Positions 26,371-39,808 of a stretch of 64,000 bases of DNA are shown here, one piece after another (position 1 is the first letter of the stretch; each line of letters begins with the position of its first letter). The stretch comes from Felis catus (lineage: Eukaryota): contig NC_058368.1 in NCBI RefSeq assembly GCF_018350175.1, positions 209,128,001-209,192,000 of the forward strand. The letters run 5' to 3'. A program made the position numbers and the translations under genes. The notes under the pieces are model-generated. The model made no database searches. It saw only the letters and a program-made list of their open reading frames with translations, and was not told where the DNA came from.

Positions 26371-27243
26371 GTCAGAATATTATTTGGTGCTAGATTTGGG
26401 CATCGACTTATTTCTTTATCGTAAATCAAATAAAAGCAGACTGCAGAGACAGAAAACTGTGGCTTAGCAGTGAATTTCTGGCTTATTGGAGCATCCCTTT
26501 CTATGATAGTAAAAAAATCAAGAGCATACCACTAACTTCTTCATTTAATCAAAGAAAACATTTAATCCCCAGTTATACTCTGCAAGGCTCTTGCGATGCA
26601 GAAGAATAAAGACTCCCTGACTCTGATCCAGATCAGTAGTGAAATGGCAAAATTACCAACCAACAGCTGCCTGGTAGGCTATGTGAATCAACTTGGTGGT
26701 CTTGGTCTTATTTCAAATTCACAATTAGCTGCACTTCTAGCAGTCAGCACAAATAATATGAACAAAATATCTTTCCAAATAAGGACCATGGTCTATAGAA
26801 GAATAAAGAAAGTAAGCTCTGTTGGAGCTGCGTCAATATGTACTTATATGCTACTCTGTCAATTTGGCACTTAAAAATATAAAATTTATTCAAATGTAAA
26901 CCTTATAATCATGGTAACAGGAAAGTACCTAATTCTACCAAAAGACAAATTATATCTATTTTGGTAAATATTCATGATTTTCTAAAAATGATTTATAATA
27001 GCACTTTTTTAAATTATAAGATTAAAGCATTGAGAAATCTTCTCAAAATTGACACATGTAAATCTCCCACTTTTACTCATATAAACAGAAAGGGTGAACG
27101 ATCAAGAGAGCTGTTTCATTTTCAAATACTGTATTTATACCTACTAAACTGAAAAAAGTTTGTGCCTTTTCTGTGACTGTCTTAACACTTAGAGGAGTAT
27201 AAAAGCTAGTTACATAATCCTCACTTTTAATACTTACTAGTTT

Positions 27244-28702
27244 GGGCGCATCAGTGGCTCAGTCAGTTAAGTGTCTGACTTCGGCTCAGGTCATGATCTC
27301 ACAGTCAGTGAGTTAGAGCCCCACGTCAGGCTCCGTGCTGACAGCTCAGAGCCTGGAGCCTGTTTCAGATTCTGTGTCTCTCTCTCTCTGTCCCTCCCCC
27401 ACTCACACTCTGTCTGTCTTTCTCTCTCAAAAATAAATGAACGTTAAAAAAAAATTTTTTTAAGAATATTTACTAGTTGAGAAGGCAGGAAAAAAAATGA
27501 GATCAATAAATAAAGCAACCCAAAGCAAAATTTTGTTTTCTTTTGGTTTTTTTTTCTGTTTTTGTAAAGACTCTATTTAAAAAAAATAAAAGTAAAATAA
27601 AAATAAAGACCCTATTTTTTTTTTATTTTTTTATTTTTGAGAGAGTGAGAGAACAGAGGAGAGAGGTAGCGGGAAAGAGAGAGAGAATCCCAAGCCAAAT
27701 CCGTGCTCAGCAGAGAGCCCCATGCAGGGCTCGATCCCACAACCCAAGGATCATGACTTGAGCTGAAATCAAGAGTCAGACACTCAACCAACTAAGGCAC
27801 CAGATGGCCCCAAAGCAACATTTTTAAAAAATAAACTGAGTGGGGCACCTGGTTGACTCAATCAGTAGAAAATGTGAGCACTGATCTTGGGGTTGTAAGT
27901 TCAAGCCTCACATTAGGTATAGAGATTACTTAAAAATAAAATATTTTTTTAAAAAATTAAATTAAAAATAATAAACTGAGAATAAAAATGGGGGAAAAAT
28001 TAATTACACTAAATTAAGTTAAAAAAAGAAAAAAAAAAGCTTTAAGGTAAAATGAAACATGAGTGAAACAGAGCCAAGAAGTGAGGCATATGTAGGCAGA
28101 TGTTAGGATCTAGAAAGAAAAGTGAAATGAAAACAAAAGATAAAAAAGGAGGATTCCACATAGATAAATAACAAGTGAAGGACACTGGAAAGGCCAATAC
28201 AACAGTATTTTTTTTTAGTGCCAATTATAACAGTATTAATAGAACTCTGGAGTGTGAATAATTCAACTCTCAGAACCTAGGATCAAAAAATATAAAGTGT
28301 GAAAAAAAATAGCAGTGTTATGAGCAGAGAGAGAAGGGAGGGAGCAGAGAAGAGGATGGGGTCACCTTTCCAACTAAAATTTATGACAGTATAACATGGC
28401 ATCACAGACTCTATAGGACTAACTTCAGCAAAGATTATTAAGCGAGCTGCTTATGCAAAAAATATTCAAGGCCTTCATCAAATTTCTCAAAGTCTCTAAA
28501 TCCTATGATATTCAAATCATTTATCACCCTTGTCAATTTTCTTTTTTTTCCCTTAAGAACTAGTATAACTCAGGACACCTGGGTACCTCAGTCAGTTGAA
28601 TGTGTTACTCTTGACCTCAGCTCAGGTCATGATCGAGGATCACAGGATGGAGCCCCACATCAGACTCTACTGAGCATGGAACCTGCTTAAGATTCTCTCT
28701 CC

Positions 28703-28755
<53 letters not shown>

Positions 28756-28830
28756 CCTCCCTCTCCCTCTGCCCTTCTCCCCTACTCACCTGCACACTCT
28801 CCCTCTAAAAAAAAAAAAAAAAAGAAAAGA
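27244..28830. mobile_element. CanSINEs: + 27244-27462, - 27615-27811, + 27842-27985, + 28573-28830
   Basis: SINE heads, CT tracts and tails read directly. Confidence 0.87.
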
Positions 28831-29458
28831 ACTGGTGTGTAACTCAACTAGATCCTCACTTGACAGTGGCTTTGGGTAGAGCAAAGGACATCCCTAACAT
28901 TACTTCCATACACTTAATGACATTTTACATCTGTAAGATTTTCAATTCATTGCACAAATTTACCAGAATAAATACTTACATATTAAAATAACTTGTAATT
29001 AAGGAGACTACAATCAGTTAAAAAGTACCTCCTGCCTTCCTCATTGTACTTACATTAGGCTTTGCATAATGTAATTTGCATAAACTGGTCTATCTTTGCT
29101 ACTACACACTGACTACTGCAAATAAATAAAATGGTTCACGCCGACAGTGCCATTCACATTACAATTACATAAAATATTCGTCGGGGGAAAAAAGCCACTG
29201 CTCAAAGGCAGAATGGACACATATTAGTGACTGTTCCCGGCAGCCGCCTGAAAGGATACAAAAGCCTACCTGGCAATGGGAGCTTAAAAGGACTGCAGCC
29301 TTTTGACAAAGGAATTGTGCCAGGACTAGCCTGGAAATGTGAGGGTGAGTGTTGACTCCCAAGCTTCTAAAGAATAATGGTGATTACATCAGAAGCTAGC
29401 TTTAACTCAATGAAATGTTTAGGGTAAGAGAGTAACTATGACCACAGCCAAGGATGGC

Positions 29459-30050
29459 CATTCACTGACCAAATATTCCTTGAGCATCTACTATGTGCCA
29501 GGTACTAGTCAACCCACTAGGGATACAACAATAAAAGAGACAATGCAACTGCCCTCATGGAACTTATACTACTGTGAGGGGAAAGACAACAAACCAGTAA
29601 ACCAAAAGTGTCAAATAAAGTAAATACAACAAAAGCAGTGTCAGGAAAAGCAGTGGAGTAGAGAGGAGGTACCTGTATAACAAGGTGGTTAAAGAGGTAA
29701 CACTTACACAAAGATCCAAATGAGGTGAGGGAGTTACCTAAAGCTCTCAGCGCTATTCCGTGTGTAGGAAAGAGTAAAGAGAAAGGCCCTGTGGCAGAAG
29801 GAGCACAGCTGCTTAAAAGAAAAGCGGAAAGGTCACTATGGGCCGAGAAAAGTGAGCAAGACTGGGAGTGCAAGGGGATGAAGTCAGAAAGACGTGAAGA
29901 GGCCAAGTCATACAGGCCTTAGAGGTCAAGGCAGGGAACCTGGATTTCTTAACATTGTGACAGGAAGAAACTGGAGGGTTTACTGACAGGAAAGTGATAA
30001 GGGAAGCAGAGAAGTGACAAGACCTGATACACTTTTAAAAGTTTGGATTA
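29459..30050 (-). mobile_element. L2 3' fragment
   Basis: cattcactgaccaaatattccttgagcatctactatgtgccagg...gccctcatggaactta are typical reverse-strand L2 motifs. Confidence 0.75.
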
Positions 30051-32236
30051 CTCTGGTGATTAGAGAAATATAAACTTTCTTATTTGACCTTATAGACTTA
30101 AATCTTAAATTGTAAAGAGACTATCCTTAATACTCCTGCCACTATCATGTAGTTACTCACCTAAAAAGCTTAAAGATACAAAAAAAAAAAAAAAACCTGT
30201 AAATATGTCTGTTATAATAGTGTCACATCACAGAATATGAAAATATTTTCTGCATTATTCTTTAAAAAGTAATTATTCCAGCATTTATCTCAACCTAAAC
30301 TTCACTTATTCCAATTTCTAAAAGACATTGTTTATAAGATTCTTTTTTTTTCCTTCCACTATAGACAAGACACAGTTGAAAAAAATGGAGTTTTGCCAAA
30401 AGCCAAAATGTCTCTATTGCCCCCTAGTGCCCATCTTAAAGAATGAAGACCTTCACACATTTGCGGTTTGGAAATGGAAAGGAACATTCACTGGATTTTG
30501 GAATAGAGCTTCTAGCATCCTCTGCTGACAGAATCTTGTAGGTGTAATGAAACTGCTCTGTTTCAAGGAACATAAATTTCCTCTGAAGTTAAAATCATTA
30601 AGCTTCCTCGCATTGTTTTTTTTAAGACTTTTCTCTCTAGTCCACTGCAATTTAATTAAAATTGGTCATTAATCAAATATTGGTAATGATAATGAAAACA
30701 ATGATAAAGCCCAGCAATTGTGAGTGCTTAGTTATGTGTCAACCCCTATGTTAAGTGGTTACTTAAATCATCTCACTCTCATATCAACTTCTGAGAACTA
30801 AAAGAGAATTTTTACCTACTTTTAATTCCTCAACCTTTCCCTATGCATGAGGGAAAGAGACTGACTGATACAGGTGGCTGGCAATGACCAAGGCTAAGGG
30901 GATGAGAAGCCTCAGACCAGAAGGCAGAGAAGCACAGTGGTGACCCAAACTTGGACTCTCCACCACAGAACGTGCCAGCCAGGGAGTCAGAGAAAGTTCA
31001 TGGAAAACAGGTGCTCACAACTAAAAAGTCACTGTTACATCCAGCCTTTAGTTACAGTCATAAAAATGCAACTTTCAGTTTTCTGGGGTAATGGGAAAGA
31101 GGATAGCAAGGATAATAAAAATCCTCAATAATCCCAAAGCCTCCACTTAATTATAAGTTACAACTTGCTTCACATTTAATTAAAAAATCAAAATCAGGCA
31201 CAAGTAATAGATATGGTTTAAAAATTGGGGCGCCTGGCTGGCTCGGTGGAGCATGCAACTCTTGATCTTGGGGTCATGAGTTCAAGCCCCATGTTGGGCA
31301 TGGAGCCTACTTAAAATAAAAAGTCTACAAAAATAAAATAATAAAAAATGTTTTTTACCTTTTTTCTCTGACCCCACCTACTTGAATTTTTGTTCACTTA
31401 TTAAATTCAAAGAAAGATACTACTAATAATAAATCTTCAAATATTAAATAGTTCTAATTAGTTGACAGCTGGTGTAGTCTGACAAAGTTGAGTAATGGTT
31501 TGCATACAATTTTCAGATGCATTCTACTTGAAAGAACAATCCCATTATCATCGTAGAGAAGTAAAATGGAATAAAGAATAAAAAAGCAAGTTTTTCATCA
31601 GAAGAATTATGATATACAACATTAACATTCCTGATCCAGTGACCTCAGCAGTGACACGAGACCAACTACTAACAGGCCACTGATATAAACTGAATATAAA
31701 AAAAAACAACAAGATGAATCACAGCTAGGTGATATAGTTTTTAACGTACCTCCTGATTATGTTCTCTCATAATTTTCCTTCCAATTATACTGCTAATCAA
31801 AAACTCATTGTTTGGAATGCCTGGATGCCTCAGCTGGTTAAGCATCTAACTTAAGCTCAGATCATGATCTCATAGTCCATAAGTTCAAGCCCACATTGCT
31901 CTCTGCACTGACCTGACCATGCAGAGCTTGTTTGGGATTCCCTCTCTCCCTCTCTCTCTCTCTGCCCCACTTGCACACTCTCTCTCCCTCTTAAAATGAA
32001 TAAATAAACTTTAAAAATAACTCAATCTTTAAAACTTTTGTTGACTAGAAGGGGGCACAAAGAACTATTTGGGTGTTTGAATGGTGCCTAAACACAGAAT
32101 ATGAATATATAATTATCAAAACTTACCAAACTAAACCTTTAAGCTCTGTGTACATTATTATATATAAATTACACCTCAATAAAAACAATCACATTTCCTT
32201 TTGGTTTTGTGAGACTGTTTTAAGAAGAGAAAGCTG

Positions 32237-32445
32237 GGGGTGCCTGGGTGGCGCAGTCCGACTTCAGCCAGGTCACGATCTCGCGGTCCGTGAGTTCGAG
32301 CCCCGCGTCAGGCTCTGGGCTGATGGCTCAGAGCCTGGAGCCTGTTTCCGATTCTGTGTCTCCCTCTCTCTCTGCCCCTCCCCCGTTCATGCTCTGTCTC
32401 TCTCTGTCCCCCCTAAAAAAATAAATAAATAAACGTTGAAAAAAA
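32237..32445 (+). mobile_element. Young SINEC_Fc-type CanSINE with an 11-bp deletion in the head
   Basis: Diagnostic cttcagccaggtcacgatctcgcggtcc; TSD aagaagagaaag(c/a)tg at 32222-32236 / 32446-32460. Confidence 0.93.
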
Positions 32446-33539
32446 AAGAAGAGAAAGATGTAACTTTTTTTGCCTCATTTGACAGACAGGTTCATAAGGA
32501 GTTAGACTCTGTACAATTAAATAAATATCATTTGACTCAGGGAACAGCTTCTATATTAATAAACTATTATGTGACTAAATTGTAAACTTAGATAAAATAA
32601 TTAAAAAATAAGTCAAGTGTAAACGAGGACAAGGCAAATATAATGATTCTTCCAGAAATAGGTGTCTATATATATTTCTATACTCACATTACCTCTGTTC
32701 ACTCCTCTAACCCCTAATTCCATTTTCCATGTAAAAACGAACGACTGCTATGTCACAAAGAGAGAACACTCTCAAATGTCATAAAATGAACTGTTCAATT
32801 ATAAAAACAAAATACACTCAATTTCACTTGACAAATGTTTACTTTGTATGCACTATATAAAGGACATTACACTGGAGCTTTGGAGAGTTTTAAAGAATTA
32901 TGAACCATTTATATACAAGTCCCTGTACTTGAGATCATTAAACATGATTGCAAAGTGGAGGCAGAGGAGTTAAGACAAGCATATAAATAATGATTTAACA
33001 AGGACAATACTTTGTGTTTGCTACAGAAGCAGAAACCAAGCCTGTGAAGGGAAACATGCAATTGGAATCTGGAGAGGCTGCTTGGAGGAAATTACATGTG
33101 AAATGGCCCCTAAAGGCTAAACAGAATTTTAACAAGCAGAAACTAGAGGAATGGAAAGGAAGCATTACGGTTTTGATCAGTATCAACTCAAAACTTTGTT
33201 AGAGAGAATTAATGGGCAAACAGGAATTGGTGGAGTATGACACATTTATAAATAAGATCTTACATATATTTGTCTATAGTGATGAAAAATTAGATACGTC
33301 CTTGAAAAAATATATCCTGAGTTACTGATACAACTAGTGCTAAATGGGAACTGAATTATATGTCAGTTGCAGAAAATAATAAAAGAGAGCGGGAAAAAGG
33401 TAAAACTCCTCTTAAGAAATAATATCATAAACACAATTGAAAAAAAATGCTTATTTTGTTTACAGGTATAACTTGCTTCACTACAGAGACACATTTCCCT
33501 AAATTGAAGCATTTAAAATACACTTTCTGCAAAATGGTA

Positions 33540-34331
33540 CCTGCTAGGGGAGAAAGGGGAGTTGTTATTTAATGGGTTTAGAGTTTCAGTTTTGCCAGAT
33601 GAAAAAGTTCTAGCAATCTGTTGCAAAACAATGTGGATATAGTTCACACTACTAGACTATACACTTTAAAGTAAGTAAGATGGGGGCGCCTGGGTGGCTC
33701 AGTTGGTTAAGGGGACGACTTCGGCTAAGGTCATGATTTCGCGGTCTGTGAGTTCAAGCCCCGCGTCGGGCTCCGTGCTGACAGCTCAGAGCCTGGAGCC
33801 TGTTTCAGATTCTGTGTCTCCCTTTCTCTGACCCTCCCCCGTTCATGCTTTGTCTCTCTCTGTCTCAAAAATAAATAAACGTTAAAAAAAATTTTTTTGT
33901 AAGTAGGTAAGATGGTGAATTTTATGTGTGTTTTACCATAATAAAAAAAATTGGCATCTGAAAATAAACTCATACCTAAGGTTAAAAAAATAAAAATTAA
34001 AAATTAAAAGTAATGAAATAAATTACAAAATAAAATGTACTTTCTCTGTTAAGGAATCCTTCTGTAAAAAAAAATAATTAAAAATATATAAAAATAAATA
34101 AAATTTTAAAATTTTTAATATTTTATTTTTATCTTAAATTTTCTTTAATGTTTTATTTATTTTTGACAGAGCACAAGTGGGGGAGGGGCAGAGAGAGAGG
34201 GAGACAGAGGATCCAAGGCAGGCTCTGCATTGATAGCAGTGAGCTCACTGTGGGGCTTGAACTCATGAACTGTGAGATCATGACCTGAGCTGAAGTTAGA
34301 TGCTCAACCGACTGAGCCACCTAGGCACCCA
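33540..34331. mobile_element. L1MB-type 3' end (+, ~33540-33945) with nested CanSINE (+, 33682-33900) and a minus CanSINE (~34140-34331)
   Basis: TSD aagta(a/g)gtaagatgg at 33669-33683 / 33901-33915. Confidence 0.85.
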
Positions 34332-34969
34332 AATAAAAAAAAAAAAAATTTTAAGGAATCCTTGTGTAAAGTTTTTTAAAAGTCCATTTCTATACCTCCA
34401 TTTCCCTTGTGAATATTTCAATGCTTCTCTGTATAAATGAACTTGACAAATGCATAGTTGAACTTGACTAAATCTTGGCCAAGGCTAGTGTTAATGGAAT
34501 CTTTCTTTGACAAAATGAACCAAAAAGACTGCAACTCATTTTTGAAGAAAGAACAGTACAGTAACTAAACAGCAAGATGTAACAGACACAAAAGAATTCA
34601 AATGAAATTTGTGCATGCTAATATAGTAACCAAATCCTAGGAGTTTAAAGATTGCATTAAATTTAAAATTAAAAATTTTAATCCATAAATTTTATACAAA
34701 TCCATAATTTAAATTTTAAATTTAATCCATTTTAAATTTTATTTAAATCCATAAATTTTATGTCTTCTGTTCCTTTGGAGAAAGGGAGCTAAAATGTTTA
34801 AGCTAATACATTTATAATGAACAAAATAAAATCAAGTAGAGTCTATGTCATACAATATTAAAGGACTATTCATGATAACTAAAAAAGTTTTTTTAAAGTA
34901 AATAATTTGTCATTACTCTAATTGAAAGCACCAAACACTGAATATAAATTTATGCTCACTACAGAGTTA

Positions 34970-35360
34970 TTAATTGGCTCCCCCCCCTCCACATTATCCA
35001 TCCTTTGTAATGGAAGCACTGAATTTTAGCTACAATCCTGGCTTCCTAAAGGAAATTATTATATTTCTCACGTGAAAGATTAAGTTCAAAATCAGTACCT
35101 TCTTTATCCCTTCTGCCTTCCTGCTGACAAAAATGAAAAAACCATGGCTATAGCTTGAGCATACATCTTGAAGTCCACATATTGAGGATGGCAGAACAAA
35201 AGGAAAGAAGTAACCTAAATCTATGGTACCCTGTACCTGCAAACTAGTTCTGGTCCATTTAACTGTTGATTGCATTTATGTGAGATAGAAAAAAAAGTCT
35301 TCTATCTTGTTTAAGCCATTGTATTTTCCACTTTGTCAGCATCACCCAAATTACATAATA
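34970..35360 (+). mobile_element. MLT1J/K-like MaLR LTR
   Basis: gaggatggcagaac...tgtgaga...ttctatcttgtttaagccattg...aataca. Confidence 0.65.
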
Positions 35361-35661
35361 CAGAATTCCTCCCTTAACCATGGTTTCACTTTCCTGTTTC
35401 AGCTACCCGCAGTCAACCGTGGTCCAGCAGCATATGGTCAGGTCTAATGCAGCCTAACACATTGCAGCATAATGCCTACGTCATTCACTTCACTTCACTT
35501 CATCACATAGGCATTTTATCATTTCACATCATCACCAGACAGTATTTGGGAAGAGACCACATTCACGTAACTCTTATTACAGTATATTGTTATAACTGTT
35601 CTACTTTATCATTAGTTGCTGTTAATCTCTTACTGTGCCTCATTTATAAACTAAACTTTAC

Positions 35662-35662
<1 letters not shown>
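35361..35662 (+). mobile_element. MER44/Tigger7-like TcMar DNA transposon fragment
   Basis: TA followed by a cag...cccttaaccatggtttcactttcc TIR-like start; internal aatgcctacgtcattcac...gagaccacattcac. Truncated at a (TA)n tract. Confidence 0.7.
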
Positions 35663-35665
<3 letters not shown>

Positions 35666-35716
<51 letters not shown>

Positions 35717-35720
35717 TATA
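35666..35720 (+). repeat. (TA)n microsatellite
   Basis: About 20 TA units plus a degenerate extension. Confidence 0.93.
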
Positions 35721-35824
35721 CACATGTATATAAACATTAAAAAACATTTAAAAACATTAAAAAAAATTTTTAAATAAGGTACAAAAGGTTCCTTTTAGTT
35801 TCATTTTTAGATGTTTCTAAATTT

Positions 35825-37562
35825 TTCTTAACGTTTATTTATTTTTGAGACAGAGAGAGACAGAGCATGAGCAGGGGAGGGTCAGAGAGAGAGGGAGATA
35901 CAGAATCCAAAGCAGGCTCCAGGCTCTGAGCTGTCAGCACAGAGCCCTACGCGGGGCTCGAACTCACAAACTGTGAGATCATGACCTGAGCCAAAGTCAG
36001 ACGCCCAACTGACTGAGCCACCCAGGTGCCCCATCATTTTTAGACGTTTTTATTAGAAATCACTTTAAGGGGAGCCTGGGTGGCTCAGTCAGTTAAGCAC
36101 CCAACTTTGGCTCAGGTCATGATCTCAGTTTGTGGGTTCGAGCCCTGCGTCGAGCTCTGTACTGACAGCTCAGAGCCTGGAGCCTGCTTCTGATTCTATG
36201 TCTCCCTATCTCTCTGTTCCTCCCCTGTTCATGCTCTGTCTCTGTCTCTCTCTCTCTCTCTATCTCTCAAAAATAAATAAACATTTTTTTTAATTTTAAA
36301 GAAACCACGTTAAAATTTTTTAATTCACTCTCTGCTATATATTAAAATAGGTGACCATCATGATAAACAATAGTCACCATTCTAAGGGTTCCAAATACGT
36401 TTATTCACTCATTAAATCATCTACACAATTCCAGTTAAGTATTTTATTAGTCCTATTTTACAGAGAAGAAAAGACCAAGAGAGGTTAAGTAACTTGCCCA
36501 AAGTCACAGAGCTTGAAAGTAAAAGCTCCATGAGGCTCCAAAATCCACTCGCTTAATCACTATTCTATACTGCCTCCCTGTATCTATATTTTGTTTCTTT
36601 TTATTGTCTGGATTACTATTATAGTACTCCAGTTAACAGCAGAAGCTGGGAGACAACTTAAGTAGCTATTGCTGTTGGAGTGATACTGGATTCATTAAGG
36701 TGGCAGTAATGGAGATGGACAGAAAAGGAGAGATCTGGCTGGAGATAGAGCTAATGAGACTTGGTAATGAATTGGACGTGGGGTAGGAAGGAAAGAGGAA
36801 TCAATGATGGTGACTAGGTTTTGTGACCTATCCATCAGCAAATGTTTAAAACTCTGCCTCCTATGCTTTATGTAATTTTATTTATGTTACTTGTTGTGGT
36901 TTTTTTAATGTTTATTTATCTTGAGAGAGAGAGAGATAGTGGGGGAGAAAGGAACAAAGAGACAGAAAGAGAGAGAGAATCCCAAGTAGGCTCCATGCTG
37001 TCTGTACAGAGCCCAACACAGGGCTCAATGTCACAAACCGTAAGATCATCATCGGCTGAGCCAAAATCAAGAGTCAGATGCTTAACCAACTGAGCCACCC
37101 AGGGGTCCCTATGTTCCTTGCTTTTCTATTTTCCTTCATTCTTCTTAACTTATGCTTTCTTACAGCATTTCACTTCATTAAGTCCTTTTTGGAACAAGTT
37201 AAGATACAAATTTACTCATAATACTTAAGATTTATTTTATATTCAATATTCTGTTTGGAGTTTTTTTCCCTCTATCTGTTCTACTTTTTAAATTAAGATC
37301 TTAATCGGCTTACAATGAAAGAATGTTAACTGATGTAACCCCATTATTTGTTTCTTTTTTTTTTTTAATGTTTATTTTTGGGAGAGACACAGACAAACAG
37401 TGAGCAGAGGAGGGGCAGAGAGAAAGGAAGACACAGTATCTGAAGCAGGCGCCAGGCTCTGAGCTGTCAGCACAGAACCTGATGCAGGGTTAGAACCCAC
37501 CAACTGTGAGATCATGACCTGAGCTGAAGTCTGATGCTTAACTGACTAGCCACCTAGGCGCC
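35825..37562. mobile_element. CanSINEs: - 35825-36032, + 36069-36300, - 36900-37108, - 37355-37562; MIR (-) ~36380-36580
   Basis: SINE sequence read directly; MIR core gaggttaagtaacttgcccaaagtcacagag. Confidence 0.88.
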
Positions 37563-39547
37563 ACTCCATTATTTGTTTTCAATCACAGATACAACTTATG
37601 ATCAATATGGAAACTAGAAAAGAATACAAAACTATGCAGCAGAGAAAAAAAAAAAACAACAAACATTATCCTCAGGTCCAACAATCCAGAAACAAGCAAT
37701 GGAAATACTTTGTTCCATACATATGTATCATTTAAATTTCTGAAATCATACTGTCTAGACAGTTTTACATCTTTTCACGGTGCTACTGAAAACTCTTACT
37801 AAACACATTTAATGGCTGCATAATATTTTATGACTACACAACAATTTACTTGTCATTCCTCCTGTTATTAGACATGTATTCACATTATTTCTAATTATTC
37901 TAATATTTCATATATATCTATCATTTTCAAACATTTTTAGACATGGAATCTTTCTGACTAGAGAAAGCTCTGAGCAAGCCCAACACAACATAAACGTAAC
38001 ACTTTTTTCGATAAATTATAAAATTTACTTATATTTTGCCTTTAAAAGCCAGAACAAATGTCACTTTCTGGAAAGTCGGCTTATCAGAAATATATGAAGT
38101 ACACTTAAGATAAGGAAGTCAGTTTCCTGGTACCACCAATGATATGGACATGCTCTCATGAGTTCTCTCAAATGAAAACAGATGAGAGAGCCAATATCAC
38201 CACCTATCACTCTCAGATAATGTTCCATGGAACACATTCTGAAAAATCACTATTATAAATAGTACTGTGATAAACATCTTTGGGCATGAAGCTTTTTCCA
38301 AATTTCCTCAGGATAGAATCCCAGAAGTAGTATTACTGAGATTAAAGGAAATAACATTTTTAAGGCTCTCAATACTTAGTAATTGAGTTTCAATAATAAA
38401 AACAGCTATTAGAGCTACTGGCCAGTTCCTAGCCTATTTACCTGTTCACAGTCCTTCAAAGACTATGATGGTTATGATTTAATAAGTATAATTCAAGATA
38501 GTCACAAAAAGATATAAAAATGGATATGATACAAAAGGCCAGGCACTTACCATCGCCCTCATGTCATTCTCAAAAGCAGCTAACAGTAACACTTCTAAAG
38601 ACATCAACCACCACATATTACAGAAGAAATATTTTTCACAAAATAATAATCAAAATAAATATTACTTCTTGGTTATTTGGGAGCAAGAATATTCTTACAA
38701 GTCTTATATGAAAACTTCAAAGTGGCTTCACTGTCACAGACAAACAAGGCAGCAATTCCATATCCTTCTTTTTGAGAAACATTATTTTGTAAGCAATATC
38801 CCATGTCCTTAAATATCCATGACACATGACACAGATCACAGCTTACAGAGGGACCCTTACATAGTTAATCTACTTAAGCAAGCAGCGACAGCAGGTTGGG
38901 AAGTGGTGCTGCCACAGGTGGACCGGGAAGAGGCTTACCTGTGCAGCCTTTTGTTACAACACAGATTGAAGATGTTGAGACAGGATCCACCCCAGTCCTA
39001 CTGAATCCATCTCCAGATTACAAAGCCTAAGCATACTTAATTTTTAATTGTACCAAAGATGATTCTTACATTCAGAGTAAGAACCACGGGGTTAAAAAAA
39101 AAGGTTTTGTTAAAAATATTTTTCCATTACTTTCAATAATACTTACTGAAATATTTAGCCAGCCAAGTATGTGAACTTGGCTGCTTTCCTACTAAGTAGA
39201 ATGTCTCTCTAAAAAGCCACAGTGCTTTGCAAGTTTCTGAGCAACAAAATAATCAAATTGTATTCAGGAATCCCCAGATGGAGTCCTGCCTGCTGTAGTG
39301 GTTTATTTTCCCTCATTTAGGGAATGAGTACTATTATTTGCAACGTGACTCGTGTTACAAATAGTTTAATCTTGAAGCAGCGAGGAAAATGATTGAACAG
39401 AAGATCCTAAAGGCAAAGAGACAAGTGGCTTCAGCAAAAGTTTAAATGGGAGAAAATGAAAGCCTGAGTTTGATCGCAGATGAATTTAGAACACTGTTGG
39501 AGCTTAAACATGGACATGTTTCATGAGTCATTAGAAAGCTGGAACTG

Positions 39548-39744
39548 AGGAGCCCCTGGTTGGCTCAGTGAGTTAAGCGTCCGACTTCGACTCAAGTCAT
39601 GATCTTGCAATTCATGAGTTCGAGCCTCGTGTTGGGCTCTCTGCTGTCAGCTTGGAGCCCACTTCGGATCCTGTTTCTCTCTCTCTCTCTCTCTGCCTCT
39701 CGCCCACTGGCTCTCACTTTCTTTCTCTCAAAAATAAACATTGA

Positions 39745-39808
<64 letters not shown>

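Noticed and set aside
27793..27812. CTCF-like GCACCAGATGGCCCC at a SINE head
   Set aside because: It mismatches a key core position and is explained by drift of the SINE start sequence.
29517..29922. 129-aa minus-strand ORF
   Set aside because: It lies inside a degraded L2 fragment and has low-complexity Ser/Leu/Phe composition.
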